64,000 nucleotides of DNA from Eledone cirrhosa (lineage: Eukaryota): contig OZ024742.1 in the NCBI GenBank assembly GCA_964016885.1, positions 316,820,001 to 316,884,000 on the forward strand. Reading direction: 5' to 3'. The notes under the pieces were generated by a model. It made no database searches. It was given only the letters and a program-made list of their open reading frames with translations, and was not told the origin of the DNA. Shown piece by piece: positions 20,097-32,224 of this stretch (position 1 is its first letter; every line of letters begins with the position of its first letter). The position numbers were made by a program, and so were the translations under genes.

Positions 20097-23000
20097 ATGA
20101 CCTCACTCAGAATAGGCAGCATAAATGCGCGTGGCTTGGGGTCGTCATGGAAGGAGGGTCACCTGCTCAACGACCTCAGGTCACTAAACATAGATGTAGT
20201 GGCCATCAGCGAGACCAGAATCTCCGAAGCACGGGCCTTCGCACCGATCTTCGGCGGCTACGATGTGTACGCATCTCCCAGCCGTCCTGGATCGGGTGGA
20301 GGAGTTGCTGTGCTTTTTCGGAGAGGTTTGGATCTCGCCATACGGGCCATCTTCCTGGACCCAGAGGGAAAGCTGGTGGTGCTGGACGTGACCAGCGGAG
20401 ACGGGCAAGCTTTCAGGCTAGTGGCCGTCTATGCCCCGACAGGAGCAGGGCGGCCTGATTTCTTCCGGCGTCTGGAGACCTTTCTTGGAACGTCCCGCTC
20501 TTTAGTGTTAGTGGGCGACTGGAACGGGATCTTAGATGCACGCTGGGACTGTGTGGGATTAGCGGATAGGGGTGGAGGGTGCAAGAGCCTCACCAACCTG
20601 CTCAGGCGTTTTGAACTGTCTGACAGGTACCGATTGGATTTCCCGAATGTGCCAATGTGGACTTGGACAAACCGCATAGGGTCATCCAGATCATATCTAG
20701 ATAGAGTATTTTGTAGGGAAATAGATAGGTCTAGCATAGGCTGTCCACAATTCAAGATAGTCAGCTACACGGACCACAAATTCGTGACCTGTGTGCTTGA
20801 CTTAGATAGGCTTCATAGACGAGGACCCGGCTACTGGAAGCTAAACGCGTCCTTACCAGCGCGCAAGGCCTACAGAGACCGGATTAGCGAACTAGTTTAG
20901 CGGGCGTTGACGGGGGCCATCGTCAACAACAAGTGGTGGTTTGCTCTGAAAAGAGCGATTAGAATAGAATCGATTAGGTTTAGTAAGGCTTTAGCAATAG
21001 AGAAAAATAGAGCAGAGGGAGAACTAGTTAGAAAATTAGACGAGGCGCTTAGCAAAGGCATTGCGACCGACGTGCTTGCGGCGAAATTGGCCCTTGACCA
21101 ATTCTTCAATGCAAAGCACGAAGGCTGCGTTGTCAGAGCTAGGGTGCGTGCTCTCAGACACGAGGGGACGAAAGCCGTTCAATGGGCCCGAGTGGCGGAG
21201 GCGCGTCGTGGCAACAAAGCCACGATCCGGTCTTTGGTGGACCACGACGGGCGCATGCTACTCGATCCCGGGCAAATGTGTGAAGCTTTTCAGCGACACT
21301 TCGCTCAGCTGTTCGGGGGCAGCGGGGGGCCGGGTAGAGGGATGGACTTTAGTGTCTACCTCGACGGACTGCCGCGGCTCTCGGCCACTGAGGCGAGGTG
21401 TTGCGAAAAGCCGATAACAGCCGCTGAAGTACGGGAGGCAATGACTGGCTGCACAAGGGGTAAATCGCCTGGTTTGGATGGTCTGCCCTATGAACTTTAC
21501 GTACAGATGCCAGACTTGTTCGGAGGCCTCTTGGCGGACGTCTACTGCAACTGGCAACAGAACGGGAGAATTCCCAGTTCTGTGAGCCGAGGAGCGGTGG
21601 CACTGCTGAGAAAGGATCCGAACAAGGGGGATAACATAGACAATTTCCGGCCCATAACTCTGCTAAACACAGAGTTTAAGATTTTGGCCAAGGTGCTAGC
21701 AAAGAGGTTGGCGCTTGTCGTTGGTGGTCTGGTGGGAGAGGCGCAGACATGCGCCATTCCCGACAGATCCATCCACGACAACCTCCACCTCATGCGATAC
21801 ATCGTAGAGAGGGTAGCTAGGGAACCTGGCACGGGTGGGTCCTTGATCAATTTAGATCAGTCGAAAGCTTTCGATAGGGTCGACCATCGTTACCTAGCGG
21901 CAGTCCTGAGGGCGGCTGGCTTTGGGCCCGTCTTCAGAGGCTGGATCGCTGCCATGCATAGCGACATCTGCTCTGTGGTGAGAGTGAACGGTCACCTGTC
22001 GGAACCGTTCAACATCATGCGCTCGGTCCGCCAAGGATGTCCCCTCTCGTCCCTCTTGTACGTATTGACTCTCGAGCCATTACTGCACAAACTGGAGACG
22101 TTGAGGGGAGTCCCGCGCGAACTAGGATGCGGAAGATCCGTGTCAGCATATGCGGACGATGTCACCGTAGTGGTGTCGAACGCCAAACACATCGAGGCGA
22201 TCGGCACTACACTAAGAGAATACGAAGCGGTGACAGGAGCAATGATCAACCAGGAAAAGTCAGTGGGCCTGCAGCTCGGCACCTGGAGAGGCAGGTCCAT
22301 GCCGTCCAACAGCGTCGTCGGGCGCTGGACGGACGGACCGGTTAAATTGCTAGGGGTCTGGTTCGGTCCGGACCTCCAGACGGACAAAAACTGGGACGAG
22401 GTGACGAGCAGGGTGGCTTCTCTCACCCAGAAATGGGCGGAGAGGAAGCTATCCCTGAAAGGTCGAGCGGAGGTGGCTAACGCGTACATCGCGTCTGTCA
22501 TCTGCTACCGCCTAACCGTCGTACCTTGTCCTAAGCCTCGCCTGACTGCGCTGGAGCGTTTGCTCTTTCGCTTTTTGTGGAAGGGACGTGCTCCGATGGT
22601 CAGGCGGTCCATCTGTTGTCAACACCCGCTACGTGGAGGGCTGGGCATGCCGTGGCTGATGATGCGCAGGCACGCGCTCAGGCTACGACATCTCCACCTC
22701 TTCCTCGACGGTGATCAGGTGTGGTCGCCGTTTGCTAGACGCGTTTTTCCCCAGCTCGTTTCCTTGACGGAGCTGCAGTCCTGGGTCAAGCGAAGACCGA
22801 GAGGGAGCGCCTGGAGACTGGAATGTCTTCAGGCGCTCACAGCCCTCGACCAATCGGGCAATGTGATCGGTGGAAACTCCACCTCGGCGTTCTATAGAGG
22901 ATTAGTGGAGGGGAAGAGCGACGACGTACTTGGGGAAACTCTAGGCGTCGACGAAAATCAACTAGCCAATCTCTTCGGAAGAACTTTCGGGCCGGGGCCT

Positions 23001-23516
23001 ATGGACAACTTCCAGAAATCTCTGGCCTGGCAGTGCTACCGAGGAGCCTTGCCAGTTCGGGATAAACTCTACAGGCATGGAGGTGCCGTCAGCCGGGCAT
23101 GTCCGAGATGCGCGCAGGGCGACGAAACCGTCCTGCACGCACTCGTCCAGTGTCCGAAAATTGCTGACTTGTGGGTTTATGTCGAACACCTGCTGTCGCG
23201 TTTAGGACGGATCCAGCTATCATCTGAGTCTATCGTGAGGATTGCCCCGCCCTCCTCCTTTAGCCGGGAAGGGCAGGCAGTTTTTATCTGTCTGGTGGCC
23301 ATGGCAAAAGAGATAGTATGGTGGACACGTTTGAAAGGGCTGAAGACGAGCACTTACCTCTTCGGTGATGCTCTGATTGACTTTTTCAAATTTCATTTGA
23401 AAAGGAAAATCAGAGTAGAGAAGGAAGTGCTCTCTTCCCAGCATTTTGTTGAAAGATGGGTGAGAGAAGCAAGAATGGCCCGAGTGAATGGGCCGACTCT
23501 GAGTATATATCTGTAA
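20097..23516 (+). pseudogene. LINE ORF2 with premature stop at codon 268 (AAG>TAG)
   Basis: CTAGTTTAGCGG versus CTAGTTAAGCGG in intact copies; split into 267-aa and 869-aa ORFs in the same frame. Confidence 0.93.
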
Positions 23517-23778
23517 ACTAAAGGTGGAAAACTGGGAGAGGGCACTTGCCTTGGTGGTCAGGGTCATTGTGGCTTTTTACTGGGCTTTCTCCACAAATGT
23601 CCCTCCGAAGTCTCCCCCCCTATTGGGGAATTTTTCATTGTTATTTTCATTGTTATTTTTGTTACATCCTCTGTTTTTGTTTTTTTTACACGCAGAAATG
23701 CCCATTTGTACCGTCCTGCATTGTCCTGCACTGTCCTTAATGTCTACTTTATGTAAACCCTTGTGGTTAATAAAGAAA

Positions 23779-23816
<38 letters not shown>

Positions 23817-24031
23817 GAATGCCATGGTTGACGGAGGCTCGGCTCTGTAAGGTATAGTAATTTTTAACCGTTAAAACAATTGTAAATTGTTTAAAACTTG
23901 AACCAAATTGTTGATAAAGACACCCTCCTCCTCGTGAGAGGGGTCTTTCTGTCCGTTATTTGGCCCTTCGGGGTTAAATAATCAGTTATTGGGGTTTTGT
24001 ACCCAAAATTTCATTTTAAACAAAAAACAAC

Positions 24032-26125
24032 ATGGCTACGAAAAAGAAATTTCATACGTCACTCCCACTCATTCCGTCTTCTTCTTCCTCAATCATCACT
24101 ACAGCAGAGAGAAGATTGTCTCTCTCCCTCCCTTCTTTAAATGTGTCTCTCCCCCTCCCTTCTCTTTCGCAAGTGACGAAAGAAAAGAAAAGTCTCGTGC
24201 AAAGCGTGCAAGGTTTCTCCACGACGACGACGACAGCGACGAAACAGGTGTGCGGGAAATACGAAAACCCAGTTCATTCGTCTGACGTCAGGAATAATAG
24301 CAGTAGCAGCCGTAATAACAACAGCAACAGTGACAATGAAAACAACAGTAGCAGCCGCAACAGCATCACCAGCAGCATAAACAACAACAGCATTAGCAGC
24401 AGCAACACCAACAACAACCACAGCAACAGCGGCGGAGGCAGTAGTCGTAGTACCTGCAGCAACAAAAGTACCAGCAGCTCTGACGACAACAACAACAGCA
24501 GAGAAAAACCAATCCCATTTGCAGGTATTGCGAAAAACTTGGAAACAATCCTCATAACAAATGAGGAATTAGAGGAAGCGAAGAAGATGGTGACAAAGAA
24601 CGGACACCGAGCAATCTGCAAGGCAGCGAAAAATTTTTTCGAAACCCAAGAGCACTGTACGGTCACGTACCGTACAGTAAGTACAAAATCCCGTAGGGTG
24701 GAAAGAGCCACAGAGGCCCAAATACAAAAAGCCTTGGGGTCTGTGTGGCAGAGGAAAACGCACATCACCCGAGGCAAAAAATACGCCACCGTAGACGTAC
24801 TTTTTGCCACACCCCAGGAGGCAAAGGCCCAATCAGTAGTGACCCTAAGGAGCGAGGAAATGGTGTTGGTGCCCTCCTACTGCGGGCAAAAAATTGTGAG
24901 GGTCAAACTGACCCACGTCCCCCCCGGAATGACCCCTTCTTGGCTGGCCGCGTCTGTCCTCGTCGGAATCGAGGACAAAACAACTGTACTGCAAGTACAG
25001 AAAAAAGTAAGAGAAGATTGGGTCGGCTCCTCCCTTGAGATGCTAATCCAAACCAACCAGGAGTGCATCGAAGCTATCCCGGATGTGATAGACTTCGATA
25101 ACGGCACTCAACTGCCCATAAGTGTTGAGGGCAAACGCCCGAAATGCTTTCGCTGTGGATCGAAGACTCACCTCAGGGCCTTCTGCAACGAGAAGACCCT
25201 GAGAAAGGAGAAAACCCCCCTCCTTCCGAATCCGGCTCCACGGCTACCAGCAACAGGACAAGCGGCAACCAGGAACGATAGGTCCGTGGCACCCATACCC
25301 ACACCACGGAAATCAAAGACAGCAGCAGCAGTGGAAATATTAACAACAACAACAGCAATACCAAATGCAGCTGCAACAGAGACTCCAGTGCAAACATCAC
25401 CAACAACAACAAGTGAAAGAGTGGAGCTGGTACCCCTCCCCGACCTTACAGAATCAGACATGGAGTGTGAGGTGGGAGAGGGATGGCAAAAGGTCGCAAG
25501 AAGGCACAAACGCAGAAGCAGCGCATCGTCGCCTTTGAAAAGGGAGGAAAGAAATGAGAAAAGGGTAAAGTCTACTGCAAAGAGACCCACAGCAGCAACA
25601 CCACCAACACCATCACCACCCACACCAGCACCACCATCACCACCGGCGACAACCCCACCGCCAACAACACCTTCAACACCACCACCACAAGCACCAACAT
25701 CGCAAACACAACAACAAAACACACACACCCAGCAACAACGACAAGAAAATAGCAGAACCACACCCCACCCCCAGAAAAACAAATGCACGGCAATAAACAC
25801 ACACAACAAGAAACTAATGACTTACATAATTGAACACACAGACATTTCACAACAGGACTACATAATACCAGCACCAATCAAAACGCCAACTAACATAAGA
25901 CTGCTAAAAATAGCACAGAAACAATACACAAACATTAAAACGAAATTCCCCAACGCAGTTGGTGATTTCAGGGACCTAGGAGGAACCATCAATCGAAGAG
26001 TATATTCAGACATTCTCTTAGAAGAGCCGACGACCAGCCGAAGGGACGATTCAACGGTCCCTTCACCAGACGATCAAGTGAAAAGGGATGTAAAAACCAT
26101 CCCTCCTCTACCAAAAGTACGGTAA
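24032..26125 (+). CDS. LINE ORF1 protein, 697 aa
   Basis: ORF track; CCHC motif. Confidence 0.93.
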   Translation: MATKKKFHTSLPLIPSSSSSIITTAERRLSLSLPSLNVSLPLPSLSQVTKEKKSLVQSVQGFSTTTTTATKQVCGKYENPVHSSDVRNNSSSSRNNNSNSDNENNSSSRNSITSSINNNSISSSNTNNNHSNSGGGSSRSTCSNKSTSSSDDNNNSREKPIPFAGIAKNLETILITNEELEEAKKMVTKNGHRAICKAAKNFFETQEHCTVTYRTVSTKSRRVERATEAQIQKALGSVWQRKTHITRGKKYATVDVLFATPQEAKAQSVVTLRSEEMVLVPSYCGQKIVRVKLTHVPPGMTPSWLAASVLVGIEDKTTVLQVQKKVREDWVGSSLEMLIQTNQECIEAIPDVIDFDNGTQLPISVEGKRPKCFRCGSKTHLRAFCNEKTLRKEKTPLLPNPAPRLPATGQAATRNDRSVAPIPTPRKSKTAAAVEILTTTTAIPNAAATETPVQTSPTTTSERVELVPLPDLTESDMECEVGEGWQKVARRHKRRSSASSPLKREERNEKRVKSTAKRPTAATPPTPSPPTPAPPSPPATTPPPTTPSTPPPQAPTSQTQQQNTHTQQQRQENSRTTPHPQKNKCTAINTHNKKLMTYIIEHTDISQQDYIIPAPIKTPTNIRLLKIAQKQYTNIKTKFPNAVGDFRDLGGTINRRVYSDILLEEPTTSRRDDSTVPSPDDQVKRDVKTIPPLPKVR

Positions 26126-26160
26126 GTGGTCTTTCCCATCTTTTCCACTCTATTTTAAAC

Positions 26161-29100
26161 ATGACCTCACTCAGAATAGGCAGCATAAATGCGCGTGGCT
26201 TGGTGTCGTCATGGAAGAAGGGTCACCTGCTCAACGACCTCAGGTCACTAAACATAGATGTAGTGGCCATCAGCGAGACCAGAATCTCCGAAGCACGGGC
26301 CTTCGCACCGATCTTCGGCGGCTACGATGTGTACGCATCTCCCAGCCGTCCTGGATCGGGTGGAGGAGTTGCTGTGCTTTTTCGGAGAGGTTTGGATCTC
26401 GCCATACGGGCCATCTTCCTGGACCCAGAGGGTAAGCTGGTGGTGCTGGACGTGACCAGCGGAGACGGGCAAGCTTTCAGGCTAGTGGCCGTCTATGCCC
26501 CGACAGGAGCAGGGCGGCCTGATTTCTTCCGGCGTCTGGAGACCTTTCTTGGAACGTCGCGCTCTTTAGTGTTAGTGGGCGACTGGAACGGGATCTTAGA
26601 TGCACGCTGGGACTGTGTGGGATTAGCGGATAGGGGTGGAGGGTGCAAGAGCCTCACCAACCTGCTCAGGCGTTTTGAACTGTCTGACAGGTACCGATTG
26701 GATTTCCCGAATGTGCCAATGTGGACTTGGACAAACCGCATAGGGTCATCCAGATCATATCTAGATAGAGTATTTTGTAGGGAAATAGATAGGTCTAGCA
26801 TAGGCTGTCCACAATTCAAGATAGTCAGCTACACGGACCACAAATTCGTGACCTGTGTGCTTGACTTAGATAGGCTTCATAGACGAGGACCCGGCTACTG
26901 GAAGCTAAACGCGTCCTTACCAGCGCGCAAGGCCTACAGAGACCGGATTAGCGAACTAGTTTAGCGGGCGTTGACGGGGGCCATCGTCAACAACAAGTGG
27001 TGGTTTGCTCTGAAAAGAGCGATTAGAATAGAATCGATTAGGTTTAGTAAGGCTTTAGCAATAGAGAAAAATAGAGCAGAGGGAGAACTAGTTAGAAAAT
27101 TAGACGAGGCGCTTAGCAAAGGCATTGCGACCGACGTGCTTGCGGCGAAATTGGCCCTTGACCAATTCTTCAATGCAAAGCACGAAGGCTGCGTTGTCAG
27201 AGCTAGGGTGCGTGCTCTCAGACACGAGGGGACGAAAGCCGTTCAATGGGCCCGAGTGGCGGAGGCGCGTCGTGGCAACAAAGCCACGATCCGGTCTTTG
27301 GTGGACCACGACGGGCGCATGCTACTCGATCCCGGGCAAATGTGTGAAGCTTTTCAGCGACACTTCGCTCAGCTGTTCGGGGGCAGCGGGGGGCCGGGTA
27401 GAGGGATGGACTTTAGTGTCTACCTCGACGGACTGCCGCGGCTCTCGGCCACTGAGGCGAGGTGTTGCGAAAAGCCGATAACAGCCGCTGAAGTACGGGA
27501 GGCAATGACTGGCTGCACAAGGGGTAAATCGCCTGGTTTGGATGGTCTGCCCTATGAACTTTACGTACAGATGCCAGACTTGTTCGGAGGCCTCTTGGCG
27601 GACGTCTACTGCAACTGGCAACAGAACGGGAGAATTCCCAGTTCTGTGAGCCGAGGAGCGGTGGCACTGCTGAGAAAGGATCCGAACAAGGGGGATAACA
27701 TAGACAATTTCCGGCCCATAACTCTGCTAAACACAGAGTTTAAGATTTTGGCCAAGGTGCTAGCAAAGAGGTTGGCGCTTGTCGTTGGTGGTCTGGTGGG
27801 AGAGGCGCAGACATGCGCCATTCCCGACAGATCCATCCACGACAACCTCCACCTCATGCGATACATCGTAGAGAGGGTAGCTAGGGAACCTGGCACGGGT
27901 GGGTCCTTGATCAATTTAGATCAGTCGAAAGCTTTCGATAGGGTCGACCATCGTTACCTAGCGGCAGTCCTGAGGGCGGCTGGCTTTGGGCCCGTCTTCA
28001 GAGGCTGGATCGCTGCCATGCATAGCGACATCTGCTCTGTGGTGAGAGTGAACGGTCACCTGTCGGAACCGTTCAACATCATGCGCTCGGTCCGCCAAGG
28101 ATGTCCCCTCTCGTCCCTCTTGTACGTATTGACTCTCGAGCCATTACTGCACAAACTGGAGACGTTGAGGGGAGTCCCGCGCGAACTAGGATGCGGAAGA
28201 TCCGTGTCAGCATATGCCGACGATGTCACCGTAGTGGTGTCGAACGCCAAACACATCGAGGCGATCGGCACTACACTAAGAGAATACGAAGCGGTGACAG
28301 GAGCAATGATCAACCAGGAAAAGTCAGTGGGCCTGCAGCTCGGCACCTGGAGAGGCAGGTCCATGCCGTCCAACAGCGTCGTCGGGCGCTGGACGGACGG
28401 ACCGGTTAAATTGCTAGGGGTCTGGTTCGGTCCGGACCTCCAGACGGACAAAAACTGGGACGAGGTGACGAGCAGGGTGGCTTCTCTCACCCAGAAATGG
28501 GCGGAGAGGAAGCTATCCCTGAAAGGTCGAGCGGAGGTGGCTAACGCGTACATCGCGTCTGTCATCTGCTACCGCCTAACCGTCGTACCTTGTCCTAAGC
28601 CTCGCCTGACTGCGCTGGAGCGTTTGCTCTTTCGCTTTTTGTGGAAGGGACGTGCTCCGATGGTCAGGCGGTCCATCTGTTGTCAACACCCGCTACGTGG
28701 AGGGCTGGGCATGCCGTGGCTGATGATGCGCAGGCACGCGCTCAGGCTACGACATCTCCACCTCTTCCTCGACGGTGATCAGGTGTGGTCGCCGTTTGCT
28801 AGACGCGTTTTTCCCCAGCTCGTTTCCTTGACGGAGCTGCAGTCCTGGGTCAAGCGAAGACCGAGAGGGAGCGCCTGGAGACTGGAATGTCTTCAGGCGC
28901 TCACAGCCCTCGACCAATCGGGCAATGTGATCGGTGGAAACTCCACCTCGGCGTTCTATAGAGGATTAGTGGAGGGGAAGAGCGACGACGTACTTGGGGA
29001 AACTCTAGGCGTCGACGAAAATCAACTAGCCAATCTCTTCGGAAGAACTTTCGGGCCGGGGCCTATGGACAACTTCCAGAAATCTCTGGCCTGGCAGTGC

Positions 29101-29580
29101 TACCGAGGAGCCTTGCCAGTTCGGGATAAACTCTACAGGCATGGAGGTGCCGTCAGCCGGGCATGTCCGAGATGCGCGCAGGGCGACGAAACCGTCCTGC
29201 ACGCACTCGTCCAGTGTCCGAAAATTGCTGACTTGTGGGTTTATGTCGAACACCTGCTGTCGCGTTTAGGACGGATCCAGCTATCATCTGAGTCTATCGT
29301 GAGGATTGCCCCTCCCTCCTCCTTTAGCCGGGAAGGGCAGGCAGTTTTTATCTGTCTGGTGGCCATGGCAAAAGAGATAGTATGGTGGACACGTTTGAAA
29401 GGGCTGAAGACGAGCACTTACCTCTTCGGTGATGCTCTGATTGACTTTTTCAAATTTCATTTGAAAAGGAAAATCAGAGTAGAGAAGGAAGTGCTCTCTT
29501 CCCAGCATTTTGTTGAAAGATGGGTGAGAGAAGCAAGAATGGCCCGAGTGAATGGGCCGACTCTGAGTATATATCTGTAA
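26161..29580 (+). pseudogene. LINE ORF2 with the same premature stop at codon 268
   Basis: TAG at 26962-26964; also G15V (ARGLVSS). Confidence 0.93.
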
Positions 29581-29842
29581 ACTAAAGGTGGAAAACTGGG
29601 AGAGGGCACTTGCCTTGGTGGTCAGGGTCATTGTGGCTTTTTACTGGGCTTTCTCCACAAATGTCCCTCCGAAGTCTCCCCCCCTATTGGGGAATTTTTC
29701 ATTGTTATTTTCATTGTTATTTTTGTTACATCCTCTGTTTTTGTTTTTTTTACACGCAGAAATGCCCATTTGTACCGTCCTGCATTGTCCTGCACTGTCC
29801 TTAATGTCTACTTTATGTAAACCCTTGTGGTTAATAAAGAAA

Positions 29843-29880
<38 letters not shown>

Positions 29881-30095
29881 GAATGCCATGGTTGACGGAG
29901 GCTCGGCTCTGTAAGGTATAGTAATTTTTAACCGTTAAAACAATTGTAAATTGTTTAAAACTTGAACCAAATTGTTGATAAAGACACCCTCCTCCTCGTG
30001 AGAGGGGTCTTTCTGTCCGTTATTTGGCCCTTCGGGGTTAAATAATCAGTTATTGGGGTTTTGTACCCAAAATTTCATTTTAAACAAAAAACAAC

Positions 30096-32189
30096 ATGGC
30101 TACGAAAAAGAAATTTCATACGTCACTCCCACTCATTCCGTCTTCTTCTTCCTCAATCATCACTACAGCAGAGAGAAGATTGTCTCTCTCCCTCCCTTCT
30201 TTAAATGTGTCTCTCCCCCTCCCTTCTCTTTCGCAAGTGACGAAAGAAAAGAAAAGTCTCGTGCAAAGCGTGCAAGGTTTCTCCACGACGACGACGACAG
30301 CGACGAAACAGGTGTGCGGGAAATACGAAAACCCAGTTCATTCGTCTGACGTCAGGAATAATAGCAGTAGCAGCCGTAATAACAACAGCAACAGTGACAA
30401 TGAAAACAACAGTAGCAGCCGCAACAGCATCACCAGCAGCATAAACAACAACAGCATTAGCAGCAGCAACACCAACAACAACCACAGCAACAGCGGCGGA
30501 GGCAGTAGTCGTAGTACCTGCAGCAACAAAAGTACCAGCAGCTCTGACGACAACAACAACAGCAGAGAAAAACCAATCCCATTTGCAGGTATTGCGAAAA
30601 ACTTGGAAACAATCCTCATAACAAATGAGGAATTAGAGGAAGCGAAGAAGATGGTGACAAAGAACGGACACCGAGCAATCTGCAAGGCAGCGAAAAATTT
30701 TTTCGAAACCCAAGAGCACTGTACGGTCACGTACCGTACAGTAAGTACAAAATCCCGTAGGGTGGAAAGAGCCACAGAGGCCCAAATACAAAAAGCCTTG
30801 GGGTCTGTGTGGCAGAGGAAAACGCACATCACCCGAGGCAAAAAATACGCCACCGTAGACGTACTTTTTGCCACACCCCAGGAGGCAAAGGCCCAATCAG
30901 TAGTGACCCTAAGGAGCGAGGAAATGGTGTTGGTGCCCTCCTACTGCGGGCAAAAAATTGTGAGGGTCAAACTGACCCACGTCCCCCCCGGAATGACCCC
31001 TTCTTGGCTGGCCGCGTCTGTCCTCGTCGGAATCGAGGACAAAACAACTGTACTGCAAGTACAGAAAAAAGTAAGAGAAGATTGGGTCGGCTCCTCCATT
31101 GAGATGCTAATCCAAACCAACCAGGAGTGCATCGAAGCTATCCCGGATGTGATAGACTTCGATAACGGCACTCAACTGCCCATAAGTGTTGAGGGCAAAC
31201 GCCCGAAATGCTTTCGCTGTGGATCGAAGACTCACCTCAGGGCCTTCTGCAACGAGAAGACCCTGAGAAAGGAGAAAACCCCCCTCCTTCCGAATCCGGC
31301 TCCACGGCTACCAGCAACAGGACAAGCGGCAACCAGGAACGATAGGTCCGTGGCACCCATACCCACACCACGGAAATCAAAGACAGCAGCAGCAGTGGAA
31401 ATATTAACAACAACAACAGCAATACCAAATGCAGCTGCAACAGAGACTCCAGTGCAAACATCACCAACAACAACAAGTGAAAGAGTGGAGCTGGTACCCC
31501 TCCCCGACCTTACAGAATCAGACATGGAGTGTGAGGTGGGAGAGGGATGGCAAAAGGTCGCAAGAAGGCACAAACGCAGAAGCAGCGCATCGTCGCCTTT
31601 GAAAAGGGAGGAAAGAAATGAGAAAAGGGTAAAGTCTACTGCAAAGAGACCCACAGCAGCAACACCACCAACACCATCACCACCCACACCAGCACCACCA
31701 TCACCACCGGCGACAACCCCACCGCCAACAACACCTTCAACACCACCACCACAAGCACCAACATCGCAAACACAACAACAAAACACACACACCCAGCAAC
31801 AACGACAAGAAAATAGCAGAACCACACCCCACCCCCAGAAAAACAAATGCACGGCAATAAACACACACAACAAGAAACTAATGACTTACATAATTGAACA
31901 CACAGACATTTCACAACAGGACTACATAATACCAGCACCAATCAAAACGCCAACTAACATAAGACTGCTAAAAATAGCACAGAAACAATACACAAACATT
32001 AAAACGAAATTCCCCAACGCAGTTGGTGATTTCAGGGACCTAGGAGGAACCATCAATCGAAGAGTATATTCAGACATTCTCTTAGAAGAGCCGACGACCA
32101 GCCGAAGGGACGATTCAACGGTCCCTTCACCAGACGATCAAGTGAAAAGGGATGTAAAAACCATCCCTCCTCTACCAAAAGTACGGTAA
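30096..32189 (+). CDS. LINE ORF1 protein, 697 aa
   Basis: ORF track; CCHC motif. Confidence 0.93.
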   Translation: MATKKKFHTSLPLIPSSSSSIITTAERRLSLSLPSLNVSLPLPSLSQVTKEKKSLVQSVQGFSTTTTTATKQVCGKYENPVHSSDVRNNSSSSRNNNSNSDNENNSSSRNSITSSINNNSISSSNTNNNHSNSGGGSSRSTCSNKSTSSSDDNNNSREKPIPFAGIAKNLETILITNEELEEAKKMVTKNGHRAICKAAKNFFETQEHCTVTYRTVSTKSRRVERATEAQIQKALGSVWQRKTHITRGKKYATVDVLFATPQEAKAQSVVTLRSEEMVLVPSYCGQKIVRVKLTHVPPGMTPSWLAASVLVGIEDKTTVLQVQKKVREDWVGSSIEMLIQTNQECIEAIPDVIDFDNGTQLPISVEGKRPKCFRCGSKTHLRAFCNEKTLRKEKTPLLPNPAPRLPATGQAATRNDRSVAPIPTPRKSKTAAAVEILTTTTAIPNAAATETPVQTSPTTTSERVELVPLPDLTESDMECEVGEGWQKVARRHKRRSSASSPLKREERNEKRVKSTAKRPTAATPPTPSPPTPAPPSPPATTPPPTTPSTPPPQAPTSQTQQQNTHTQQQRQENSRTTPHPQKNKCTAINTHNKKLMTYIIEHTDISQQDYIIPAPIKTPTNIRLLKIAQKQYTNIKTKFPNAVGDFRDLGGTINRRVYSDILLEEPTTSRRDDSTVPSPDDQVKRDVKTIPPLPKVR

Positions 32190-32224
32190 GTGGTCTTTCC
32201 CATCTTTTCCACTCTATTTTAAAC

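Larger units (their letters stand above)
17753..23816 (+). mobile_element. Tx1-like LINE copy 4, full length, ORF2 disrupted, (ATT)12 tail
   Basis: Complete unit with a TAG at 20898-20900. Confidence 0.96.
23817..29880 (+). mobile_element. Tx1-like LINE copy 5, full length, ORF2 disrupted, (ATT)12 tail
   Basis: Complete unit with the same TAG at 26962-26964. Confidence 0.96.
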
